Shown here: piece by piece, positions 12,174 through 23,299 of the stretch
How positions within the stretch are numbered: position 1 is the stretch's first letter
How the letters are laid out: each line of letters starts with the position of its first letter
From: the human T2T-CHM13v2.0 reference genome, Homo sapiens
NCBI RefSeq assembly: GCF_009914755.1
Contig: NC_060925.1
DNA: 64,000 nt
Reading direction: 5' to 3' (one strand)
Program-made: the position numbers and the translations under genes
Notes under the pieces: generated by a model
The model's database searches: none
Seen by the model: the letters and a program-made list of their open reading frames with translations, nothing else
What the model was told of the DNA's origin: nothing

Positions 12174-14169
12174 CAATGGAATATCATTCAGTATTAAAAA
12201 GAATGAAATTTGGCCCTTTGTAACAAAATGAATGACCCTAGAGGATATTATGCTAAGTGAAATAAGCCAGGCAGAGAAAGAAAAATACTACAGGTACAAC
12301 CATGCAAACTTGCCATTATAAGATGAATAAGTTAGGGAGATCTAACGTACAACATGGTAACAATAGATAATAATAATGTATGCTTTAAGTTCATGGAGTG
12401 TAGATCTTAAGTATTATCCTTTCCCAACATGTGATAACTATGTGAAGACATGAATATGTTAATTAGCTTGATAGTGAAAATCATTTTAATATATACTTGA
12501 TGGGCGCAGGGTGAGAGGAGAGTGAGGGTCAAAACACTACCTGCTGGGGACTATGCTCACTAGCTGGGTGATGAAATCATTTGTACACCAAACCCCAGCA
12601 ACATGCAATTACCCACGTAACAAACCTGCACATGTACCTCCTGAACCTAAAATAGAAGTTGAGAAAAGAAAAAGAAGATATCAGTTTCCTATAGGGAGCT
12701 CCAGGTTTGTTCCAAACAGTAGAGAGACAAACCTATCAAGGATGAAATATATACAAGAGTAGGCACAACTTAAACAATGTGTGTAAGGCAATCAATTCTA
12801 TATAACTCAGCAACTCCTAGGCTTCTTATCAAATAAAATCACTGATGTGTCATAACTTCTAAACTAAAAACAACACAAATGCCCATTCACAGTAGAATGA
12901 ATAAATAAATTACTTTTGCTTCCCACAGGGGAATACGGCACAGCAATGAAACAATGATCTGCTGCTACACAAAATGTAGATGATTCTTACAAACTTCAAC
13001 TGAGTGAAAGAAGTCAGACTCAAAAGAATACAGATAGCAACTTTCCATTTATATGAAATTGAGGAGCAGGGAAATCCATCGTGATAGAGTTCATGATAAT
13101 GATGACCTTTGGTGAGTAACTGGTTGAGAAAGTGCAAGAGAGTGGTTGTGGGAGCTGGAAATACTCCATATCTTGCTTGATTTGAGTGATGATGGGGATA
13201 TATACACTTATAAAAATTATAATGCTATATGCTTAAGATTTATGTATTTTACTATTTGTAAGATATATATTAGTTGAAAAAATGCTGCAGTGTAAAGGAA
13301 ACCAGTAAAAATATGCTACCTAGAATTGTAGATTTGTTTAACAAAAAAGCATTTGAGTAGTCTATTGATTATTAGTTAGCAAGTTTATATTAAGCATCAT
13401 TGTCCTGAATACTTTTTAGTATGTACCAGTAAGTGTTTGCCTTTCTCAACTAGGGCTAATTAAAAAAAACTCAAAACCTCATGTTGTACACATTGAATAT
13501 ATATAATTTTAACTTGTGAATTATACCACCATAAAACTAAAAATCTAATTAAAATGAGTTCGAATAAATTTTAGGGAAAATAGGATAATGAAAATTATGA
13601 GCTTAAGAATATGCATAGATAAAAAATAAACTGTTGATAGAAATTTTATTGTTATATTTCAGAAAATCATATAAAAAGCTGTGCTAAAAGTTTCCAGAGA
13701 GAGAGTACATAGTTCTCCTGCAGTGGATTAAAATGAGATTAGCATTGGAGTACTAGTCTAAAACCACAGATAGAGTCTGGAGTCAGATCTCAGAAATACA
13801 ATATATTTGATAAGTAATGAGAGACAAGTTATTTAAATTTTTGGGACCTAAACATCCAGTCTGTAAGTTTGTTGAAAAAAATAAACAGGCTAAAGAGACC
13901 TTAATTTACAGGGAGGGCTAAATTATTACCTATTATTGTAAAACATAATAGCAGTGACATTAAAAGCTTGAGTGCTGTAGAACAATATATTGAAAATCAC
14001 TTTTTGAAGTTATATACATATTTATATTACTTTAATAATTTGCACAATGTAGGAAGAAAAGCTTGCTTTGCACAGGCAACATTTTGCCAAATAATCTCCA
14101 AATCATCATGAATTCTCAATTAGTCAGATTAACAATAATAAAATTTTATTGTAGAGGAGGATTATTTTT

Positions 14170-14820
14170 TCATTAATATATTTGTACCTACACATAGTGT
14201 ATATGTAATATTTTGTTACCTGCCTGGACTTTACAATGATCAATTCAAAGTATCCGGGGTGTCCATAACCTCAAGTATTATTTCCATATGTTAAGAAAGT
14301 TTCAAGTCCTTTAGCTATTTTGGAAAATACAATACATTGCTGTTTATATGTAGTCACCTTACTCTGCTATGAAATATTAGAACTTATGTCTTCCAAGTAA
14401 CTGTATGTTTGGACCCATTAACAAACTTTTCTTTATTCCTCCCACCCACAGAAACTCTTTCCAGCCTCTGGTATCTATGTATTATTCTATTCTCTACCTC
14501 CATGAGATCAATATTTTTAGCTTTCACGTTCTATTCTTAGAATAAGAACATGTGATGCTTGTCTTTCTGTGCCTGGCTTATTTCACCTAACACAATGACT
14601 TCCAGTTCCAACCGTCTTGCTGTAAATGATAAAATTTCATTCTTTTTTATGGACAAAAACTCTTCCACTGCTTGTATATATACCACGTTGCTTTTATTCA
14701 TTCATCCATTGATGGACACAGGTTGATTTCATATCTTTGCTATTGTGAATAGTGCAATAAATATGAGAGTGTGGTTAACTCTTTGATATACTCATTTATT
14801 TTCCTTTGGATACATAGCTA
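14170..14820 (-). mobile_element. Old L1 (L1MA-type) 3' end
   Basis: Antisense L1 motifs (GTCTTTCTGTGCCTGGCTTATTTCACCTAAC; TTCATCCATTGATGGACAC). Confidence 0.8.
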
Positions 14821-14829
14821 GTAATAAAT

Positions 14830-14975
14830 AGCTTGCACCTCTGGTCTCAGCTACTTGGGAGACTAAGGCAAGAGGATTACTTGAGCCCCCGAGGTTTAGA
14901 TTGCAGTGAGCCGTGATCACACCACTGCGTTCCAGCCTGGGTGACAGAGTGAGACCCTCTCCCTCCTCAAAAAAT
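14830..14975 (+). mobile_element. Alu monomer (AluJ/FRAM-like)
   Basis: CAGCTACTTGGGAGACTAAGG...TGCAGTGAGCCGTGATCACACCACTGCGTTCCAGCCTGGGTGACAGAGTGAGACCCT. Confidence 0.8.
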
Positions 14976-16399
14976 CCTTAAGAAATATGTTGATGCCTGG
15001 TTCCCTTATTCAGAATTTTCATTTGATGTGTTGAGAGTGTAGCACAGAAGTTGGAATAAACCTCTCAAACTGATTTTGATGTGCAACCAAGGTCGGGAAC
15101 CACCAAGGAAGAGTTTTTATGCATAAAGATTCCTATACTCTATCCTAGAACTAATACATATGAATCTCTGGGAATGGAGTATAAGACTCGGATTTGAAAA
15201 GGTGTCCTTAGTTATTCTAAGGACTGAGCAGTTTGGATACTGGTTTGTTAGAGTAAAATGGTTAGGTACCTAGTATCAACCTAGCCATCTAACCTTATAT
15301 TAACAACTAGGAAAATAAAGGGTTGGAGCCTCTGTGTTTCTTTGCTGAAAAATCTGCTGCTATTCTTAGTTCTATGAAAACAAATTCAAAATTCGGTTAT
15401 TATCACCTTAAAAGTACAAAACCTATAGATATTGAAAATGCAATTATTTTTCTACAGGCATAGTTAAAATGAGTTTGTATATATTATAAATCAGTTTCTT
15501 TATAAGTCATTTATTTAGATAAATTTTGTTATACTGACATGATTCACTAATTTTCTAAATATAAATGGTTCAGCTCTCAGTTATTTTTAAACTAAAGAGC
15601 TGTGTTATACTTATTATTTCTAATTGGCTTTTATGATGTTTTAGGTTTCTTTTGAATCCCGTGTCCTTCAAGTGCTTTCCAACTTTGAGAAGAAGAAATT
15701 GACCACCCGGACTATGGAACTGTGCGTAACAGCTTTGAAAGTGTATTTAAAAATTAAATCTGTATGCCTTTAAATCAGTGAATTGGAAATATATTACATG
15801 TATTTTAATGACTTTCCTCAAATACAATAAATTGTTTTCTTTCCAATGGAATGGTGTTTGTATTTTTTCTTTACCTGGTTTAACACATGTAGGAGAACAT
15901 AACTAGATGATTACATCAAATTCTTTTTAAGGCAATTTTATAATATATTTTATTTATGATTACAAAAACTGCCTTTTAAAAGTTCTTGCCTGGATATGAA
16001 TGCAGTTTCACATTTTTTAAATTGTAATCTTGCTTTTTGTAATTATTTTATATTTGTCTGGCTTCGAGTTTTATTGGGTTTTAGTTTTTTGGAAGTGGGG
16101 GATTTATCCCAATTTAGAAATTTGTATCCTTGCCGTAATACAGTCTACCATTTTTGTTCTCCCAGATCTTTCATCTGTCAGAACATCACTCAAAGGTGAA
16201 AATATTTCCCACATAAAATTATTCTTTTCCTTTAGTGAAATTAGTTCCAGCTGTATATACGTAGGAAAACATTCTTCTTTTTATTCGATTCATTCCTATA
16301 GGTACGTTCCTGGGTCTGTGATTACACCTTTACCTTAGAGGCACTGCCCAAAAAGACTCAAGTCTTGTGTAAAAATGCTGTTGTGGATCATAGCTTCCT

Positions 16400-16950
16400 A
16401 CCTTTTACAGCATCGTGAGGCAGGGAGAGTAAGAACATTAGAGACAGGAATTAGAGGCATGGAGAAATGAACCCTGGAGCATCCCAATGGTGAGATATAA
16501 AATAGTTCAAGAACTATTAAAGAAGACTAAGGAGGAATAGCTAGAAGCTAAATGAAGAAAGTATCTCAAATAGGAAGGAGTGATCAAATATTTTAGCTGT
16601 GTTGATGAGTTAGGAAAGATGAGTTTTTGGATTAAGCACTGGGTAGAGCAACCTTTGGGACATTGACGTTGACCAACTTGGTGGATATCAGGAGTAAGAG
16701 GAGGTACTCAAGAGAATGTTGGAGAGGAATTTAATATAGTGAGTATTGAAGACAACACTTAAGGAGTCTTGCTTTCAAGGGGATGTGAGAAATGGGTTGT
16801 TAATGGAGGGTAATATAGCATCAAAAAGCTGTTTATTTTAAGATCGATGATATAGCAGGTTTCTATGCTAATGGGACTGATTCAGTAGACAGAAAAAGCA
16901 TAATGCAGGAAACAGAGGGATATTGATGAAGACATAGACCTGGTAAAAAA
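16400..16950 (-). mobile_element. Probable L2 remnant
   Basis: Purine-rich degenerate tract with L2-like wording (GGAAGGAGTGATCAAAT...; GGAGTCTTGCTTTCAAGGGG); weak recognition. Confidence 0.45.
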
Positions 16951-18120
16951 ATAGAAGGCTTGGTTTTAAAGATAGGCACACAAACAGCTAATTACTAACA
17001 GTAGGATGTACGTCAGATTATGGAGGTCCAGATGTTTGTAGTTCAGTAGATAGGAGGAGCATGTCAAATTTTTGTGATATTTTCTCAGTGAAATAGGAAG
17101 CAAGCTCATAAAAAGGGAAGAAATCACGAAGGATTAAGGAAGGAAAAAGAGATGTAAAATGAATAGCTAGGAATGTACAAAAGTAAACAAACTCTTGGCA
17201 ATCTGTGGTTTATTTAAGTGGTATTAGTCAATGTGGTTTCGTGTTCTTTTCCAGTTCAGTTCAGCAGAGGCGCTATCACTGAATAAGTACAGAATTCAGT
17301 TTAACTAAAGGTGAGATTTCTCTAGGTGAATAAAACAGTCAGTGATGAGATGTTCATACATTTAGGAGAATGATTATAAAAGAGGGATATGGAAAGTAAT
17401 CTGGGTTAAGGAGTGAAGTGAGAAAATAAAGAAGGTTGAGACAGTGGAAAATGGTATCATCAATTGTAGATTGCAGTGTGGTTGACGATGCAATGGAGTT
17501 CTCGAGGTAGGAACTAGAAATTTGGGAGATTTAGATAAGAGTGGGTTGATTGAAATTGGAAGTATTAGAGGATAATAGTATATAATAGTACTAAGTATAG
17601 TATACTAAGTATAGTAGCATAGTGCTAAGTATATACTATCTTGTGAGTATAAGTTTTAGGATGTGAAGATGGGGGTAGCATAGAGGCAAAGTGATGGAAG
17701 GAGATGAGTTAAAGGAATTGAGAACCTAGGAGACTGAAAGGATTATCTAAATGAATTTTGAAATCTCAACAAGAGCTGTGCTGAGTGCTTGTAGTCATTA
17801 TTTTATGTTTACTACTCTGTGAGAAGACAGCACTTCCTTTTGTGAGTAATGGAAAGTTCTTTCATGTGTCAATTGTAAGATACTTTATTAGGTTCAATTA
17901 TCTTTAGTAATGCATACTAAAAAATAGTGAGCTCAGTGGGATTATTCAGTAGATATGTGAGCTAACCCCCTCTGTCAGACACCTAAGAGGTAGAACTGAT
18001 GGTCTTCAAGAGGAATAGAGACTTCTCATCCTAAGTGTGTAAGCTGTGAAATATCCCACCCTATGTTTTCTGAAAACAAACGTTATATAGAGTGTCCACA
18101 TAAAAGCTAACAGGAAATCT

Positions 18121-18133
18121 CACACACACACAG

Positions 18134-18162
<29 letters not shown>
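18121..18162. repeat. (CA)n microsatellite
   Basis: Directly visible, one interruption. Confidence 0.95.
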
Positions 18163-18165
<3 letters not shown>

Positions 18166-18333
18166 CATTGAAAAACTTCAGGAAAGATATACCCTGTACC
18201 CAACATGAACGAGGTCAAAGCAATGAAGAAAAAGCTAGGAAATCAAATAAGTCTAGAACAACTGTGACTAATATATAAAGATTTGAGGTGGTTATATCCA
18301 TTTAAATGGTATCAATTAGAAAGGAAAAAAAGA

Positions 18334-18618
18334 GGCCAGGCACAGTGGCTCATTTCTGTAACGCCAGTACTTTGGGAGGCCAACACAGGCAAATCAACCT
18401 GTGGTCAGGGGTTAGAGACAAGCCTGGCCAACACGGTGAGACCCCGTCTCTACTAAAAATACAAAAATATTTGCTGGACTTGGTGTCGCGTGCCTGTGCT
18501 CCCAGCTGCTTGGGAGGCTGAGGCAGGAGAATTGTTTTGACCCAGAAGGGGAGATTGCAGTGAGCTGAGATTGCGCCATTGCATTCCAGCCTGGGTGATG
18601 GAGTAACATCCAAAAAAA
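18334..18618 (+). mobile_element. AluS-like element
   Basis: GGCCAGGCACAGTGGCTCA start, central CTACTAAAAATACAAAAAT, short A tail. Confidence 0.92.
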
Positions 18619-19211
18619 GGTATTTTACATAAGAAATTTTATTTTATTTTTCTGTAAATTATAAAATAGCACTTAATATGGAATTTATATACCAGAATCT
18701 TTGAATATCCAAAATTTAAGATGAGAGCAATTTTGAGAAACTTTTCAAAGCTTAGGAAAAGGTAACTACATAAAACACCATTATGTGTTATTTATGGGTA
18801 CATTAGATGAAGTAAGTCACAAAAACACGCATAGAAATGATCATATAAACTTGCAAGAAATTGAATGTCTTGCTATTGAAGGAAAGGTTGAGGTGTAAGA
18901 GATTGAGGTTGAGTGTGAGAAGCTCTGTATATATTGTATTTTTCTTAAAAATATATATTTAAACTCACATTTCTTGTTTTTCAAATGTTCACTCCAATGA
19001 AAATTCTTTTACTTTTCCTGTTAGAATTTTTATTTCCACTCTCACATATGCAGTGTACTATTGTTCAGAAATATTAGTGATCCTCCTTGCAAATGAATAC
19101 TCCCATCCTGCTGATTTTCAGAAGGTCCAAGTGATTTGCTTTGGCTGTGAAATGTAAGCAGAAAGAGTGTTATTTTGGGGACTTCCCGATTGCAAAACAA
19201 CATAGTATCGC

Positions 19212-19721
19212 AACTTTTGACATAGCATTTACGTTGCATTAGTCATTATAAGTAATCTGAGATGATGTAAAGGTTATATGGAAATACTACATTTTATATA
19301 AAGGACTCGAGTAGTTATTGCTTTAAGTATCCATGGTGGGTCCTGGAACCAATTCCTCATGGATATGGAGGCACAAGGAACCACTGTAGTTAAACAAATA
19401 ATCACTTTAAAACTTAAAACCTTTTGCATGGTGAGTACAGTCATGCACCGCATATATGATGGTGGTATAGTTAAGTTTATTATGCCATACATTTATTGGA
19501 AGTTTCCTATGTTTAAATGTATTGAGATACACAGCTACACTGCTTTACAGTTGCCTATAGTATTCAGTAAAATAACATGCTTTACAGGTTTGTAGCCTAG
19601 GAGGAATAGGCTATGCAATCTAGGTTAATGAAGTCCATTCTGTGATATTTGCACAGTGGCTTAATTACCTAAGGGCTTTGTCTTCAGAACATACTCCTGT
19701 CATTAAGGAATGCATGAGTGT
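19212..19721. mobile_element. Tc1/mariner (Tigger/MER2-type) DNA transposon fragments
   Basis: GGGTCCTGGAACCAATTCCTCATGGATA (MER2-like end). CAGTCATGCA...TGCATGAGTG imperfect terminal inverted repeats (about 19438-19721) with internal TGTAGCCTAGGAGGAATAGGCTAT (Tigger3-like). Confidence 0.65.
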
Positions 19722-20026
19722 AGTTGGACAAAAAATAATAATGCAGGCATACCTTTGGCACTGTCCTAATTCTTACCAACATCCATGATTGCTTAAATTT
19801 GCACTGGAAAGACTTCAAAAAACAGTGATATATTAGGACAGTATATTTCCAATACATGACAAATGATAACAACATAAGAACTCAAAACATTCAATAAGAA
19901 AGAACATAACAATTAAAGCAAAACTAGATGGGAAAAGGAAGAAGCAAATTTCAAGAGAAAACTCAAAAGGCCAAAAAGTGTGAAATGATGTTCAGCCTTG
20001 CTAGTAATTGGGAAAAACACAAATCT

Positions 20027-20335
20027 CTTTTTTTTTTTTTTTTTTTTTTTGAGAGGGAGTCACCCTCTGTCGCCAACACTGGAGTGCATTGGGGCGATCT
20101 GGGCTCACTGCAAGCTCTGCCTCCCAAGTTCACACCGCCATTCTCCTGCCTCAGCCTCCAAAGTAGCTGGGACTACAGGGGCCCGCCACCATGCCTGGTT
20201 AATTTTTTGTGTTTTTCGTAGAGACAGGGTTTCACCATGTTAGCCAGGATGGTCTCCATCTCCTGACCTCGTGATCTGCCTGCCTCAACTTCCCAATGTT
20301 CTGGGATTACAGCTGTGAGCCACCGTGTCTGGCCC
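20027..20335 (-). mobile_element. AluY-like element
   Basis: Poly-T head, then GCTCACTGCAAGCTCTGCCTCCC...TTAGCCAGGATGGTCTC. Confidence 0.93.
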
Positions 20336-20751
20336 AAATCATTTTTAATCTATTAGGCAAAAATTAGAGCTATGATAATATTCATTTTTGGTGGGAGTGT
20401 GGCAAAAGGTACTATAACAGAATGCTACTAGAGAGTAAACTTTGATACATTTGTAAGGGCAATTTTGCATAATATGAAAATTTAAAAATATGCTTCCAGT
20501 TTCACATACGTTTATCTAGCATACAGAATTACCCATGTGTAAACATGTATACAGATGTTCATTATAACACTTCTTATAAAAACAAAATATTTGCAAATAT
20601 TCATATGAACAAGTGCATACATATGATCTTAGTCCAGTTAGAATTTTCTGTTTTATTTCAATCCTTTAAAAGACTCAACTTCTGATTCTATATAAACAAT
20701 TCAAAAAAGAATGTGTTTTCCCTATGTGCATTTGGTCAGGTAAATTAAAAA

Positions 20752-20827
20752 ATACACCTCATGCTAGCCTCACAAAACTGGAATAAGCCTTGGGAAAGAA
20801 GTTGTCCTTGAAGCTTGTATCTGACAT
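20752..20827 (+). pseudogene. Gamma-actin processed pseudogene, 3'UTR fragment left of the provirus
   Basis: ACACCTCATGCTAGCCTCACAAAACTGGAATAAGCCTT...TTGTCCTTGAAGCTTGTATCTG resembles the ACTG1 3'UTR and joins seamlessly to 28669 onward once the provirus is removed. Confidence 0.85.
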
Positions 20828-21296
20828 TGTAGCAGGACGAGCCGCAGAAAAAACCTCTCAGACACTGAGTTGTAGAAGGAAGGGCTTTATTCAGCTGGGA
20901 GCATTAGCCAGCTACTGTCTCTAAATCTGAGCTCCTGGAGTGCACAATTTCTGTCCTTTTTAAGGGCTCACAACACTAAAGATTTCACATGAAAGCTTTG
21001 TGATTGATTTGAGCAAGCGAGGTATACATGACAAGGACTACTTGCCCCGGTGGTCAGGGAGAAACAGAATATGGAAGAGAGTTTCACAATGTTCTTCTAC
21101 ACAATATCTGGAATCTGTGAATCACATCGGCTTCTAAATCATAAGTGGATGTTCAACTACTGGGTTTAGGCCAACCAGGCCCAGGTCTGTTTTTGGGCCT
21201 GGCGCCGGGCTGCCTGTCTTTGGTTTTATTTCCTTGTTGTTTTTACTGAATAGAAAACAATGTAAAACAAGAGGAGAGGGTCTTTCTCCTCTCTCA
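20828..21296 (-). repeat. 3' LTR (LTR2-type)
   Basis: Direct repeat of 28220-28668; adjacent 21297-21308 reads AAAGAAAGAAAA on - (polypurine tract). Confidence 0.93.
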
Positions 21297-21328
21297 TTTT
21301 CTTTCTTTGAGACTTTCACTCATTTTTA

Positions 21329-23274
21329 TTAGTGGGAGCTGTCACTTTTATGATTTATGTTCTTCTGTGCAATAGATTGATAGCCATTTATATTGTATGC
21401 TTGTGCTGAAGGCTTTTGGTGAAATAAGGGAGAGACGAAGTTTTTTATGATTTGGAGAAACACAGGTATCAGACAAGGGAGCAGTAAGCAGGTTCCTATT
21501 ACTATTATTACCTCTATTATAAGAGTTTTAAATCCTCCTATTGCTGGGAACTACTTTCTAAACATGGCTCCTGGATTGAGTCTGTGCCAGCCTTGCACGA
21601 GTACATGTGCCAGTTTTGTTATATCCTTAAGTATATGCTCAACTACTTGTTCTTTATCATCTATGTGTAGGCAACATGTTTCGTCAGATTCTCTCGCCAG
21701 GCAAGAACAGTCAAGGCTTGTTGGGTTTTATTAGTAATAATTTCTAAAGCAGCTTGTAACCATATGAGCATGTAGATAGGGGTTGGATATCCTCATGAGC
21801 CATCTTGTACTTAAGTGGCGGGTCCATAGTATTGTATGATTCTTTCAGGGGTGCATTCATCATCTTTCTAACCACTTATGGCTATGCTTCATTTTGCCTG
21901 GGAAGCATAGACTGGGAAGCCTACAAGTTCAACTGTTTTTATGGGCAGTAAGAAGAAAGATGGCTTCATGGTGCCAATTACACAGCCACACGCCCACTGG
22001 TCAGGCAGCTTAGCATAAGCTTTGTGTCTACATATCTAGCATAACCTAGTGGGGGCCGTCCAGTCCTGGTGGAATTCTGGATGGGCCTAAACAGTCTGCA
22101 ACTTTGGAAATTTGCTGAATGCATTTCTTTCTGTGTAATTGGAACTGTACCATGTAACTGTTTTTGTGGCACCATTATACAGGTTTTGCCTAAGACAAAT
22201 AAGCCGCCTTACGGGATGAGTAAATCCTTTTCTTTCTCTAGCTACGCATTACTGTCTAATAATTGTGACTTTTAGAAACTAAAAATTGTCGGGGTTGTTC
22301 TTTTGGGATGGAATTCGTGAGGAACTCCATCTGTAGGAACTAATTCTTGGGCTTCTTATGGCCATTGATCTCCTGTTACAGTCCTTCCACAAACATCACA
22401 TGAAATGACTTGTAGAGACTGGGCTACATGTTTGGCTAATTGCAAAAACAAATTTTTAGTTTTTTTCAGAAATTTCAGGTATAGGCACATTGAATTCATC
22501 ATAGAAAGTGTGAAATACTTGTCCTGGTGAGCGTTTTTGAACTTCTTCTTTTATCAGGATGCTTACACTAGAATCTAGTCCTTTTCTATCAATGCCTAAT
22601 GTTATATATTTTCTTTTATTCCACTTTGGATCTGAGGGGTTTGTGATGATCAATTTTAAAGGGTTGCAGCTCCCACTTGTGCAAGAGGGGCTGACTTTTC
22701 TTTTTTGGAGCCAAACAGGATCTTTTTTATCTTTCTTCTAAGTAGCCTAACTGACGCAATACCACTATTGACACATCGAACATAAATATGGTTCTTGACA
22801 GATGTACTTATTTTCTGTGTGTAATTTTTCCCAAATTTAGAGAAATGCATCTTATCCTCTGCTGTTTAGTATTAATAGTGGCACGAGCATCAAATTTTAA
22901 AGTTACATTTGTGGGGACTCTTCTTTCTTCTGTTCTAGCTATCACTTTACTTGTGTTACTTAGAGAAGGACCAGTTCTTAGTCTTACTTCGAAGACTGTG
23001 ATCATGGGGGTTTAGAGGGGTCATAGCACACATCGGGCTGGTCACTTCCTGGATTACATACTTAGTACTGGGTGTTATTATACAAACAGGTTCTGTTTGG
23101 AGTTCTTAGGCATTCATAATAGCTGTAAAATAAAACGATCATCTTAACTTGTCCTTCTTCAGTGTCCTGATGTATGCACTGAAGGCAGTCCTCTGTGTGG
23201 GAAGAGGTAGTGGAAGCTTTTACCACACAGGTCCATGTTATAAGGACAATAAGTCCTACGACGATTTTCCTCAT
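21329..23274 (-). pseudogene. env: HERV-E env, disrupted
   Basis: Signal peptide MRKIVVGLIVLITWTC...CLQCIHQ..FYSYYEC; TM remnants LQAALEIITN, CCLHIDD, FPAIGGFKTL, IGTCLLLPC; many stops and frameshifts. Confidence 0.85.
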
Positions 23275-23299
23275 GCTTTGGCCATGTGTAGTCTAGTCA

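Larger units (their letters stand above)
8720..12485 (+). mobile_element. Ancient fragmented L1M (ORF1/ORF2/3' remnants)
   Basis: A-rich L1 motifs (TGCTGCCTACAAGAGACTCACTTC; CTCAAGGAACTAGA; GGACAGGATAGTCTCTTCAATAAAT). No intact ORF. The first ~220 bp is in the opposite orientation. Confidence 0.75.
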
